DNA from: an uncultured Caulobacter sp.
GTDB lineage: Bacteria; Pseudomonadota; Alphaproteobacteria; Caulobacterales; Caulobacteraceae
Reading direction: 5' to 3'
Length of the DNA stretch: 64,000 nt
Assembly (NCBI GenBank): GCA_966211605.1
Contig: CBIHOB010000010.1
Coordinates: forward strand, 12,249-76,248
A program made the translations under genes and the position numbers. The notes beneath the pieces are model-generated. The model searched no databases. It saw only the letters and a list, made by a program, of their open reading frames with translations, and was not told the origin of the DNA. Positions 32,044 to 42,158 of this stretch are shown piece after piece. The first letter of the stretch is position 1, and each line of letters opens with the position of its first letter.

Positions 32044-32075
32044 GGGCGTCGGCGCAATCCGACGCCCTCAATTTT
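32044..32075 (+). terminator. Terminator- or attenuator-like hairpin inside the eda leader
   Basis: The stem GGGCGTCGG / CCGACGCCC has a 6-nt loop and is followed by TCAATTTTG. It lies about 80 nt downstream of the operator pair and about 265 nt upstream of the eda ATG. Confidence 0.35.
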
Positions 32076-32338
32076 GCCGATCGGGACGGGCGAGGGGGGC
32101 TGAAGGAAGAAGGTTCGGGGAAGGGAACGGCGACCAGTGATCTGATGCGGATAGGCCAAGCTGGCCGGAGGATCCGCGCCTGAACGCCCCTTAGTTCGAC
32201 GTTGCGGCAAGCCTGGTATGGCGCCGGCGCGCGACGCGGTCTAAGGGAACGCCCTGAGCCACTACCGGCGAAATATTGCTCGCGCGGCGGCCCAAAAGGC
32301 CATCCGCGCAAGAACGATCCTTCGGGAAGGAGTTTGAG

Positions 32339-33013
32339 ATGGTGAAAGACCGTATGGCGGTGCTGGCCGCCCTGATGGACCAGGGCGTGATCCCGGTGTT
32401 CTACCACCCCGACGTCGAGGTCTGTAAGAACGTGATCCAGGCCTGCGCCGACGGCGGCGCGCCCTGCATCGAGTTCACCAACCGCGGCGACTTCGCCAGC
32501 CACGTCTTCTACGAAGTCACCCGCTACTTCGACCAGGCCGATCCGCGCGTGATCATGGGCGTGGGTTCGATCGTCGACGCCCCGACCGCCGGCATCTACA
32601 TCGCCAACGGCGCCAAGTTCGTCGTCGGCCCGATCCTGAACGCCGACGTCGCCAAGGTCTGCAACCGTCGCAAGATCCCGTACTCGCCGGGCTGCGGCTC
32701 GGCCTCGGAAATCTCGTACGCCGAAGAGCTGGGCTGCGAGATCGTCAAGGTGTTCCCGGGCTCGTCGGTCGGCGGCCCCGATTTCGTCAAGGCGGTGCTG
32801 GGCCCGATGCCCTGGACCCGCATCATGCCGACGGGCGGCGTCGATCCGGACGAGGCCTCGGTCAAGAAGTGGTTCGGCGCGGGCATCGTCGCCGCCGGCA
32901 TGGGCTCCAAGCTGATCACGCAAGAGCTGCTGGACGCCAAGGACTACGCGGGCATCTCCAAGAAGGTCCGCGAGACTGTCGACCTGATCAAGAAGGTTCG
33001 TGGGAAGGCCTAA
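32339..33013 (+). CDS. eda: 2-dehydro-3-deoxy-phosphogluconate (KDPG) / 4-hydroxy-2-oxoglutarate aldolase
   Basis: 224 aa from ATG 32339, with GGAAGGA upstream. The KDPG-aldolase-family layout is present (VIPVFYH...CIEFTNRG...GVGSI...KVFPG...PTGGV). Confidence 0.88.
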   Translation: MVKDRMAVLAALMDQGVIPVFYHPDVEVCKNVIQACADGGAPCIEFTNRGDFASHVFYEVTRYFDQADPRVIMGVGSIVDAPTAGIYIANGAKFVVGPILNADVAKVCNRRKIPYSPGCGSASEISYAEELGCEIVKVFPGSSVGGPDFVKAVLGPMPWTRIMPTGGVDPDEASVKKWFGAGIVAAGMGSKLITQELLDAKDYAGISKKVRETVDLIKKVRGKA

Positions 33014-33019
33014 GACCAA

Positions 33020-34126
33020 ATGACCGACAACATCCTCAACATCCGCCCGGCTTCGGAAACGAAGTGGGACTGCGCTTCCTTCGGTGAAGTGATGCTGCGC
33101 TTCGACCCGGGCTTCGGCCGGGTCCGCAACGCCCGTCAGTTCCAGGTCTGGGAAGGCGGCGGCGAATACAATGTCGCCCGCGCTTTCCGGAAGTGCTGGG
33201 GCAAGCGCTCGACCGCCGTCACCGCCCTGCCGGTGAACGACCTGGGCTGGCTGGTCGAGGATCTGATGATGCAGGGCGGTGTCGACACCTCCCACATCAT
33301 CTGGCGCGACTTCGACGGCCTGGGCCGCAATACCCGCGTTGGCCTGAACTTCACCGAAAAGGGCTTCGGCGTCCGTCCGGCCCTGGGCTGCTCGGACCGT
33401 GGTCACAGCGCCGCCTCGCAGATCCGCCCCGGTGAAGTGAACTGGGAAAAGCTGTTCGGCGAGGAAGGCGTGCGCTGGTTCCACACGGGCGGCATCTTCG
33501 CGGCCCTGGCCTCGAACACGGCCGAAGCCGTGATCGAAGCCGTGGAAGTGGCCCGCAAGTACGGCACCGTCATCTCCTACGACCTGAACTACCGCGCCTC
33601 GCTGTGGAAGTCGCAGGGCGGCAAGGAAGGCGCCCAGAAGGTCAACCGTCACATCGCCCAGTACGTCGACGTGATGATCGGCAACGAAGAAGACTTCACC
33701 GCCTGCCTGGGCTTTGAAGTCGAAGGCCTGGACGAGCATATCAGCGCGATCGACCCGGCCAACTTCAAGAAGATGATCCAGACGGCGGTGAAGGAGTTCC
33801 CGAACTTCAAGGTCGCCGCCACCACCCTGCGCAACGCCAAGACCGCCTCGGTCAACGACTGGTCGGCGATCCTGTACGCCGGCGGCGAGTTCTACGCCTC
33901 GATGATGCGCGAGAACCTCGAGATCTACGACCGCGTCGGCGGCGGCGACGGCTTCGCCTCGGGTCTGGCCTTCGGCTTCATGGAAGGCAAGGGGCCGCAG
34001 GCCGCCGTCGAGTACGGCGCGGCTCACGGCGCCCTGGCCATGACCACCCCGGGCGACACCTCGATGGTGCGCCAGGCGGAAGTCGAGGCCGTGATGAAGG
34101 GCAAGGGCGCGCGGGTCATCCGCTAG
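33020..34126 (+). CDS. kdgK: 2-dehydro-3-deoxygluconokinase (PfkB-family sugar kinase)
   Basis: 368 aa. The PfkB motifs are present, including the C-terminal DRVGGGDGFASGL. The gene is adjacent to eda. Confidence 0.85.
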   Translation: MTDNILNIRPASETKWDCASFGEVMLRFDPGFGRVRNARQFQVWEGGGEYNVARAFRKCWGKRSTAVTALPVNDLGWLVEDLMMQGGVDTSHIIWRDFDGLGRNTRVGLNFTEKGFGVRPALGCSDRGHSAASQIRPGEVNWEKLFGEEGVRWFHTGGIFAALASNTAEAVIEAVEVARKYGTVISYDLNYRASLWKSQGGKEGAQKVNRHIAQYVDVMIGNEEDFTACLGFEVEGLDEHISAIDPANFKKMIQTAVKEFPNFKVAATTLRNAKTASVNDWSAILYAGGEFYASMMRENLEIYDRVGGGDGFASGLAFGFMEGKGPQAAVEYGAAHGALAMTTPGDTSMVRQAEVEAVMKGKGARVIR

Positions 34127-34337
34127 GCTTTTCCTTTTCGTGGAAGAATGAGGAGAAGCCCTCGGCCGCAAGGCCGGGGGCTTTTTCTTTGGCCAGTATC
34201 CGCCGGCACTCCTCCGAGTTGCGGAACTTACGCATCTTCTTGAACACCGCGCGGCGCAGAGCGGCGATGCGGCTCGGCGGCCATTCGCAATCGGGCGCTA
34301 TCGGACGCGGAAAGGGCTTCTTCTTCCTTCGGGACAT
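34116..34337 (-). CDS. Possible small basic protein (73 aa); uncertain
   Basis: The ATG at 34337 is preceded by GGAGG 4 nt upstream. The product is MSRRKKKPFPRPIAPDCEWPPSRIAALRRAVFKKMRKFRNSEECRRIL.... The ORF reads through the kdgK terminator hairpin and overlaps the kdgK 3' end by 11 nt, which argues against it. I recognise no homology. Confidence 0.25.
   Translation of the reverse strand: MSRRKKKPFPRPIAPDCEWPPSRIAALRRAVFKKMRKFRNSEECRRILAKEKAPGLAAEGFSSFFHEKEKPSG
34157..34190 (+). terminator. Rho-independent terminator after kdgK
   Basis: The stem AGCCCTCGGCC / GGCCGGGGGCT has a GCAA loop and is followed by TTTTCTTT. Confidence 0.8.
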
Positions 34338-34814
34338 GGCTCCTCCGGAGGCGCGTGAAGGGGCTCCGACGCAACGCGCCGGAGGGACGGGGAGGGAGGC
34401 GGGGCGCCGGGACAACGCCCGGAGCAGAAAGGAAATTACCGTTTCGACGAAGCCAAGCGCCCCGCGCGATCGTTATCCGGAAGCGTGATCCCGCGACGTT
34501 GTTCACGCCTCGAAACCCTTGAAGCCTCCGACGGGCGGGTCAGGCTGCGAAGCCCGATCCCGGATGGACGCCTTTCGACGTCCCCGTCGCTCTCTTCGGC
34601 CCGCATCCACCGTCGTTTCTGTGTTCCAGGGTCGACTACCTCGGGGATGGCGCGGTTGCAGCGTTTCCGCCGCGCCGACGAGCGCGCCCGCTCGACCGCC
34701 CCCCGAAGCCGCGAAGGTCGCTGGCCGCGCGCCCTCCCCAGTGCTTCGAGGTGGGAGCAGGATAGGGCGGTTGAAAAGGCGGGAGATCGAAAGGGCTGAA
34801 CGCTCTCGCCATTC

Positions 34815-34987
34815 CCTTCTCCCGTTGCGGGAGAGGGGGGCGAAGGGCCGGATGAGAGAGTTGATGGATCTGTCGGCCAGGCGTTGTGCAATAAGCGGTT
34901 CAGCACAGCGCGACCCCTCCGACCGCGTTCGGCGGCCATCTTCTCCCGCAACGGGAGAAGCCTTCAACGCCCGTCCCCCGACGGGCG
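34815..34987. repeat. Pair of inverted hairpin repeat units plus a further GC hairpin (MITE/REP-like)
   Basis: The first unit is CTTCTCCCGTTGCGGGAGAGG (about 34816-34836). The second is its inverted copy CTTCTCCCGCAACGGGAGAAG (34940-34960). They flank about 100 bp. The hairpin CGCCCGTC-CCCC-GACGGGCG lies at 34968-34987, just downstream of the LuxR-type gene stop. Confidence 0.6.
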
Positions 34988-34996
34988 CATCGGCGT

Positions 34997-35676
34997 TTAC
35001 TTCGTTGAAAAACTCAGGCCCGATGGCATGGCCGGCACACCGTCCGGCGAAGCGAAATTTCTGTGGTTGGCGCTGTTGAAACCGATCCAATAGGCGCGGC
35101 CGGGCTCCAGCCGGCAGGTCATCGAAAAGCTTCGGCCGTCGACGGACTGAACCGGTTTGCCGTCGCAGGCCGGCGTGCTGGCCACGTCCCGGTTCACGAA
35201 GGACCAGCTGGCCCGCATCGGCCGGTCGAAGGTGACCTTCAGCGTGATCGGGCCCGCCGGCGCGACGGCGCCGGCGGCCGGATAGGTCTGGACCACGCGC
35301 GGTGGTCCTTGGGGCGCGGCATGGCCCGACAGGGCCAGGGCGGTGAAGCCGCCGATCAGGGACGCCAGGACGATCATTGCGAGCACTCCAAGCAGGACGG
35401 GCCAGCCCAGCCGGACGGCCTGGGGCGTGACGGCCATGTTTCGGATCCGGAGCGCCCCAGCCACCCCGATTTTCTCGTCACGATTTTCTTGGGCGACCCG
35501 CCGCGCCAGTTCGCGACTGCTGCCTACGCCGGTCTTGCGACGGGCCTCGCGCAGCCGTTCGTTGACCGCGCCCTCGGTGGTCCCCAAGGCGTTGGCGGCG
35601 CTCTTGGCCGTATGGCCTTCCGCCAGCAGCAGAAGGACCCGCCGTTCGGCCTCGGACAGCCGCGAAAGGTCGGGCA

Positions 35677-35677
<1 letters not shown>
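34997..35677 (-). CDS. Membrane-anchored LuxR/GerE-type HTH regulator with a periplasmic Ig-like (SbsA_Ig/Big_5-like) domain
   Basis: 226 aa from ATG 35677. The HTH is LSEAERRVLLLLAEGHTAKSAANALGTTEGAVNERLREARRKTGVGSSRELA. The TM segment is LGWPVLLGVLAMIVLASLIGGFTALAL. The C-terminal beta-rich domain begins PRVVQTYPAAGAVAPAGPITLKVTFDRPM.... The start overlaps the DUF1244 stop (TGATG). Confidence 0.75.
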
Positions 35678-37951
<2,274 letters not shown>

Positions 37952-38018
37952 GCGCATTGCGCCGCGCGGCAACCTGTGATCGAGTTGGGCTCCGACGACA
38001 TCTCGGGGAGGCGGCGTC

Positions 38019-39521
38019 ATGCGGATTTTGGTGCTGGCGATGTGCCTGATGGTTGCAGCGCCGCTGACGGTGCAGGGGCAGGCGCGCGCGCTCGAAGTGG
38101 TCGGCGTGATCCCGGCCGATGGCTGGCTGATCTACGGCGCCAAGACCCGCTTCGTCCGCGAGGCCGGCCCGCCCGGCGGCGGCGCGGCGATCGTCGAGGC
38201 GACCGAGACGGCGGAGCCCTGGAGCAGCGGCGCGGTCGCGGTGTTCAACGGCGCGGCCAAGGCGGGCGAAACCTATACGGCGGTTTATTGGCTGCGCGCT
38301 CCCGCCGGAGCCAAGGTCTCGGCCCTGCTGCTGACCAATGCGCCGCCTTATCCGACCTTCGCCCAGGCCGAGGTCGCCGGGGCCGGTGACTGGAAGCGCA
38401 TGACGATCACGGGCGTGGCCAAGGCCGACGCCGCGCCGGTTGCGGACGCTCTGACGCTGCACCTGGGGCGCGCCGACGGGCCGGTGGCGCTGGGGCCGGC
38501 GGTGATCCTGCGCGGCACGCCCAGCGCGGCCGAGCTGGATGCGATCGAGAGCGAATACGGGCCGGCGCGGATCGCCGAGGACGTGACGATCACCGCCTCG
38601 GATGGCGCGGCGCTGGCGGCGACCCTGCGAACGCCCGGCGGGCGGGGGCCGTTTCCGGCGGTGCTGCTGCTGGGGGGCTCGGGGCCACAGGTGCGCGGCG
38701 GCTTCCAGCGGGTGCAGGATCGCCTGCTGGCGGCAGGCGTCGCGGTCATCGAGTACGACAAGCGCGGCTGCGGGCAGTCCACCGGCGAACGGATCGAGTC
38801 GGTCTCCCGCCTGGCCGCCGACGCCGAGGCGGCGGTCGCTTTTCTGCGCACGCGGAGCCAGATCGATCCGGCCCGCATCGCCGTGCTGGGGTCCAGCCAG
38901 GGCGGGGTGATCGCGCCGGTGGTGGCGGTCGAGGACAAGCGCCTGCGCGGCGTGGTCATTCAGGTCGCTCCGGCCGTTGCGGGGACCTGGACCGTCAGCG
39001 ACCAGGTCGCCCGGCAGATGGTCATGCAGTGGCCGCAGGGCGGCTCCTACGAAGATCAGCGTCGGTTCATGGACACCCTGGTGGCGTTGATCATGGCCAA
39101 CCGCGATCCCACCGTCCGCCGCGCCAAGCTGGCCGAGGCGATCGCGGCGGGCGTCAAGGTGGGACGGATCCCGCCGGACGCCGCCGAGCCGATGGTGGCG
39201 GGCCTCACCGACGCGGCCGTGCGTCCGGATTTCCTGGCCTATGACCCGGCCAAGACGCTGCGGCGACTGAAGGGGCCGGCGCTGCTGGTCTACGGGACGA
39301 AGGACATCGCCGTCTCGTCGGCCAGGAACGCGCCGATCGCGCGCGCGGCGCTGAAGGACAACCCCCAGGCCACGGTCGTCGAGTTCGAGGGGCTGAACCA
39401 CTTTCTGCAGCGGACCAAGACCAATGACCTGGAGGAGTGGCGCACCCTGGGCGGCATGATGAGCGACCCCACGGCTCTGGACTATATCGTGGCCTGGCTG
39501 GAGAAGACGCTGAAGGCCTAG
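38019..39521 (+). CDS. Secreted alpha/beta-fold hydrolase with an N-terminal beta-sandwich (CBM_4_9-like) domain
   Basis: 500 aa. The signal peptide is MRILVLAMCLMVAAPLTVQGQARA. The nucleophile elbow is LGSSQGG, and DKRGCGQS and GLNHF are also present. Confidence 0.8.
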   Translation: MRILVLAMCLMVAAPLTVQGQARALEVVGVIPADGWLIYGAKTRFVREAGPPGGGAAIVEATETAEPWSSGAVAVFNGAAKAGETYTAVYWLRAPAGAKVSALLLTNAPPYPTFAQAEVAGAGDWKRMTITGVAKADAAPVADALTLHLGRADGPVALGPAVILRGTPSAAELDAIESEYGPARIAEDVTITASDGAALAATLRTPGGRGPFPAVLLLGGSGPQVRGGFQRVQDRLLAAGVAVIEYDKRGCGQSTGERIESVSRLAADAEAAVAFLRTRSQIDPARIAVLGSSQGGVIAPVVAVEDKRLRGVVIQVAPAVAGTWTVSDQVARQMVMQWPQGGSYEDQRRFMDTLVALIMANRDPTVRRAKLAEAIAAGVKVGRIPPDAAEPMVAGLTDAAVRPDFLAYDPAKTLRRLKGPALLVYGTKDIAVSSARNAPIARAALKDNPQATVVEFEGLNHFLQRTKTNDLEEWRTLGGMMSDPTALDYIVAWLEKTLKA

Positions 39522-40018
39522 CCGCGCACGAAGATGTTCCGCAGCCACTGGCTGCCGGCCTTGGCGACCTGGCCCCAGTCTTCCTCGTCGTCGAGAGTGT
39601 CGGGCTTGTAGCCGACGGGGTTGAAGACCTTCAGGCGCGGAACCTTGGCGAAGGCGGTCGCGTCGCGGGTGGCCAGGGTCAGGCCGTGCTCCAGCGCGGT
39701 GGCGGCCAGCAGGGCGTCGCGCGAGTCGGCCAGCGGCACGTGGGCACGGCGGCGGACGACGGCGGCGTCGATCGGCAGGATCCGGCCGTCGAAGGCGGGC
39801 ATGACCCGACTGTCCAGCCAGTCGCGCAAGGCCGCGCCGCGCGGCTTGTCCTTGCGTTCCGCGCGCGTCGCGGCGGTCTCCAGCTCCAGCAGGGTCAGGG
39901 CCGAGACGAACAGGCTGGTCCGCGGGGCCTTGGCCGCCCAGGTCGCCAGGCCCGGATCGGTCGCGCCGGCCTTGGCGTTGCGCAGTTCGAAGACGAGGTC
40001 GGTGTCGAGCAGGTGCAT
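39518..40018 (-). CDS. vapC: Type II toxin VapC (PIN-domain ribonuclease, FitB-like) with a roughly 30-aa C-terminal extension
   Basis: 166 aa. The PIN acidic residues are in context (MHLLDTDLVFE..., ...LLELE..., ...LATRDATAF...). The start overlaps the antitoxin stop. The tail YKPDTLDDEEDWGQVAKAGSQWLRNIFVRG extends beyond the usual PIN end. Confidence 0.85.
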   Translation of the reverse strand: MHLLDTDLVFELRNAKAGATDPGLATWAAKAPRTSLFVSALTLLELETAATRAERKDKPRGAALRDWLDSRVMPAFDGRILPIDAAVVRRRAHVPLADSRDALLAATALEHGLTLATRDATAFAKVPRLKVFNPVGYKPDTLDDEEDWGQVAKAGSQWLRNIFVRG

Positions 40019-40266
40019 CAGGGCTGGCTCCGGCCGTCCCAGGTCTCGGCCTGGCGCGCGGCCTCCAGATCGACGGGGGCGAGGCCGGGCATGGCCAGCA
40101 GGTCGACGATCGTCTCGCTCTGGCCGCTGAGCCGACGATAGGTCTCGATGCTCATCAGCACGTGGGTGGGGCGGCCGCGGTCGGTGACGAACACCGGCTC
40201 GATTCTGGCCGCGCGCTTGGCCTGGCTGACATCCTGGTTGAATTCCCGGCTGGTCACGACCTTCAT
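40018..40266 (-). CDS. Type II antitoxin, Phd/YefM family
   Basis: 82 aa. The sequence MKVVTSREFNQDVSQAKRAARIEPVFVTDRGRPTHVLMSIETYRRL is a typical Phd/YefM N-terminal domain. The gene lies immediately upstream of vapC. Confidence 0.85.
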   Translation of the reverse strand: MKVVTSREFNQDVSQAKRAARIEPVFVTDRGRPTHVLMSIETYRRLSGQSETIVDLLAMPGLAPVDLEAARQAETWDGRSQP

Positions 40267-40310
40267 TCGCGTCTCCCGGATCGCCTCAAGTTGTGCCTAC
40301 GTGCCGACAA

Positions 40311-40402
40311 TGACAAGGCTGTCTTGTAGGTACGTTACTACATAGTGTCGTTCGGGCAACAGAAATTAAGCCAGCAAAAACAATCGACTGACAAGGCTGT
40401 CA
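40311..40402. promoter_or_regulatory. Two copies of the palindrome TGACAAGGCTGTC in the region between the antitoxin gene and the antiporter gene
   Basis: The copies are at 40311-40323 and 40389-40402 (the latter TGACAAGGCTGTCA), 78 bp apart. The first lies 45 nt upstream of the antitoxin start. The local region is AT-richer than its surroundings. Confidence 0.5.
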
Positions 40403-40497
40403 AAAATGCCGGCGCCGCATTGCGCTTGCGCCGATTTCCTGCGCGGCATGGGGCCAAGGCGCAAAGCCAGCACGACATCATTAGGGGGCTCAAGACA

Positions 40498-41862
40498 GTG
40501 TCAGACCTATTTTCGCAGACGATCGCCGTGGCGGGCGACCTGCTGAACAAGCACGGACCGGCGACCAAGGCCGCCGCCCAGAGCTTCACGCCGACCGACT
40601 TCTCCGTTCACTTCTTTCTGCAGCTGGCCGTGATCGTGCTGGCCTGCCGCGTGGTCGGCTGGCTGGGCCAGAAGCTGCTGAAGCAGCCCCAGGTCGTGGG
40701 CGAGATGATCGCCGGCGTGGTGCTGGGTCCGTCCTTGCTGGGCCTGCTCATGCCCGACCTGCAGGCCGCGATCTTCCCCAAGGAGACCAAGAACATCCTG
40801 TATGTCGGCGCCCAGCTGGGCGTGGGCCTCTACATGTTCATGGTCGGCACCAGCTTTCAGGCCGGTCACTTCAAGGCCAAGGCCAAGAGCGCGATGAGCG
40901 TGTCGTTCGCCGGCATCGCCGCGCCGTTCATCATCGCCGCCCTGATCACGCCCTTCCTGCTGAAGGTCCCGGGCCTGTTCGCCCCGACCATCAGCCAGGC
41001 CAACGCCACCCTGTTCATGGGCGCCTGCATCGCCCTGACCGCCTTCCCGATGCTGGCCCGCATCATCAACGAGCGCGGTCTGGCCAAGACCTCGCTGGGC
41101 ACCCTGTCGTTGACAGCCGGCGCCTTCGACGACGCCGTCTCCTGGTGCGTGCTGGCCCTGGTGCTGGCGACGTTCGGCGGCGGTCCCGGCGTGGCCGGCC
41201 TGGCGATCGGCGGCGGCCTGCTGTGGGTGCTGTTCGTCACCCTCCTGGGTCCGAAGATCCTGGCGCCCCTGGGCCGCATGGTCGAGCGCGACGGCGAGAT
41301 GACCACCTCGACCCTGGCGCTGGTCATCCTGGCCTTCTGCGTCTCGGCCTTCCTGATGGACGCCGTGGGCATCCACGCCATCTTCGGCGGCTTCATCCTG
41401 GGCGTGGTCATGCCGCGCGGCCTGCTGGTCGAGGAGCTGAAGAAGAAGGTCGAGCCGATCGCCGTCGTGCTGCTGCTGCCGATGTTCTTCACCTATTCGG
41501 GCCTGAACACCCGCATGGACATGGTCAATTCGCCCCAGCTGCTGCTGATCGCCCTGGGCGTCCTGGCGGCCTCGGTCCTGGCCAAGTGGGGCGCCTGCTA
41601 CGCCGCCGCCCGCCTGACCGGCGAGAACCACGCGACCGCCATGGGCATCGGCGCCCTGATGAATTCGCGCGGCCTGATGGAGCTGATCATCATCAACATC
41701 GGCCTGCAGAAGGGCATCATCGGCCCGACCCTGTTCTCGATGCTGGTGCTGATGGCCATCGTCACCACGGTCATGGCCAGCCCGCTGTTCGAGGTGGTCT
41801 ACGGCAGGAAGGCCCGGGAAAGCGGTGAACTGGGCGCTGTGCCCGACGCCGCCCGAGCCTGA
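40498..41862 (+). CDS. Cation:proton antiporter (CPA2 / Kef-type Na+/H+ exchanger family)
   Basis: About 454 aa from GTG 40498, with AGGGGG 9-10 nt upstream. It has about 12 TM segments. The N-terminal motif QPQVVGEMIAGVVLGPSLLG is typical of the family. The tracked 5' extension to 40345 is unlikely. Confidence 0.85.
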   Translation: MSDLFSQTIAVAGDLLNKHGPATKAAAQSFTPTDFSVHFFLQLAVIVLACRVVGWLGQKLLKQPQVVGEMIAGVVLGPSLLGLLMPDLQAAIFPKETKNILYVGAQLGVGLYMFMVGTSFQAGHFKAKAKSAMSVSFAGIAAPFIIAALITPFLLKVPGLFAPTISQANATLFMGACIALTAFPMLARIINERGLAKTSLGTLSLTAGAFDDAVSWCVLALVLATFGGGPGVAGLAIGGGLLWVLFVTLLGPKILAPLGRMVERDGEMTTSTLALVILAFCVSAFLMDAVGIHAIFGGFILGVVMPRGLLVEELKKKVEPIAVVLLLPMFFTYSGLNTRMDMVNSPQLLLIALGVLAASVLAKWGACYAAARLTGENHATAMGIGALMNSRGLMELIIINIGLQKGIIGPTLFSMLVLMAIVTTVMASPLFEVVYGRKARESGELGAVPDAARA

Positions 41863-41887
41863 ACCATCTTCAAAAGTCGCTTCCCCT

Positions 41888-42021
41888 GGGCCCGCTTCGG
41901 CGGGCCCTTTCTTTTTGAAGCGCGCCCGCTTCGGCGGGCCCTTTCTTTTGTGGCGCGCCCGCTTCGGCGGGCCCTTTCTTTTTGAGGGCGCCCGCTTCGG
42001 CGGGCCGTTTTGTTTACAAAC
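41888..42021 (+). terminator. Four tandem copies of a roughly 33-bp intrinsic-terminator unit (GCCCGC-UUCG-GCGGGC hairpin plus T-tract)
   Basis: The hairpins are at 41890-41905, 41924-41939, 41957-41972 and 41990-42005. The period is 34, 33 and 33 bp. Each hairpin is followed by CCTTTCTTTTT-like tracts. The array lies between the antiporter stop and the KaiC-like gene start. Confidence 0.8.
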
Positions 42022-42158
42022 GTGATTGTGCGGCGACGAAGTCTCCCCGCTGCCGGACGCGGGCTGCCGCAAGTCGAGAAGCCGACAGACACCGCAACGC
42101 TTTAACGGTCAAAGGCGTTGAAGCCTGGCCGTCGCCAGGAGCTTGCGAGGACGCGTAG

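Noticed and set aside
34416-34996. A known ncRNA (RNase P, SRP, tmRNA, cobalamin/TPP/glycine riboswitch) in the large non-coding gap
   Set aside because: I could not find any of the conserved core sequences I can recall for these RNAs on either strand. I report only generic hairpin repeats. A covariance-model scan is needed to exclude other families.
41888-42021. The tandem 33-bp repeats as a possible CRISPR array
   Set aside because: The repeat units abut one another with no unique spacers. Each unit is simply a hairpin plus T-tract. No cas genes are present in the window.
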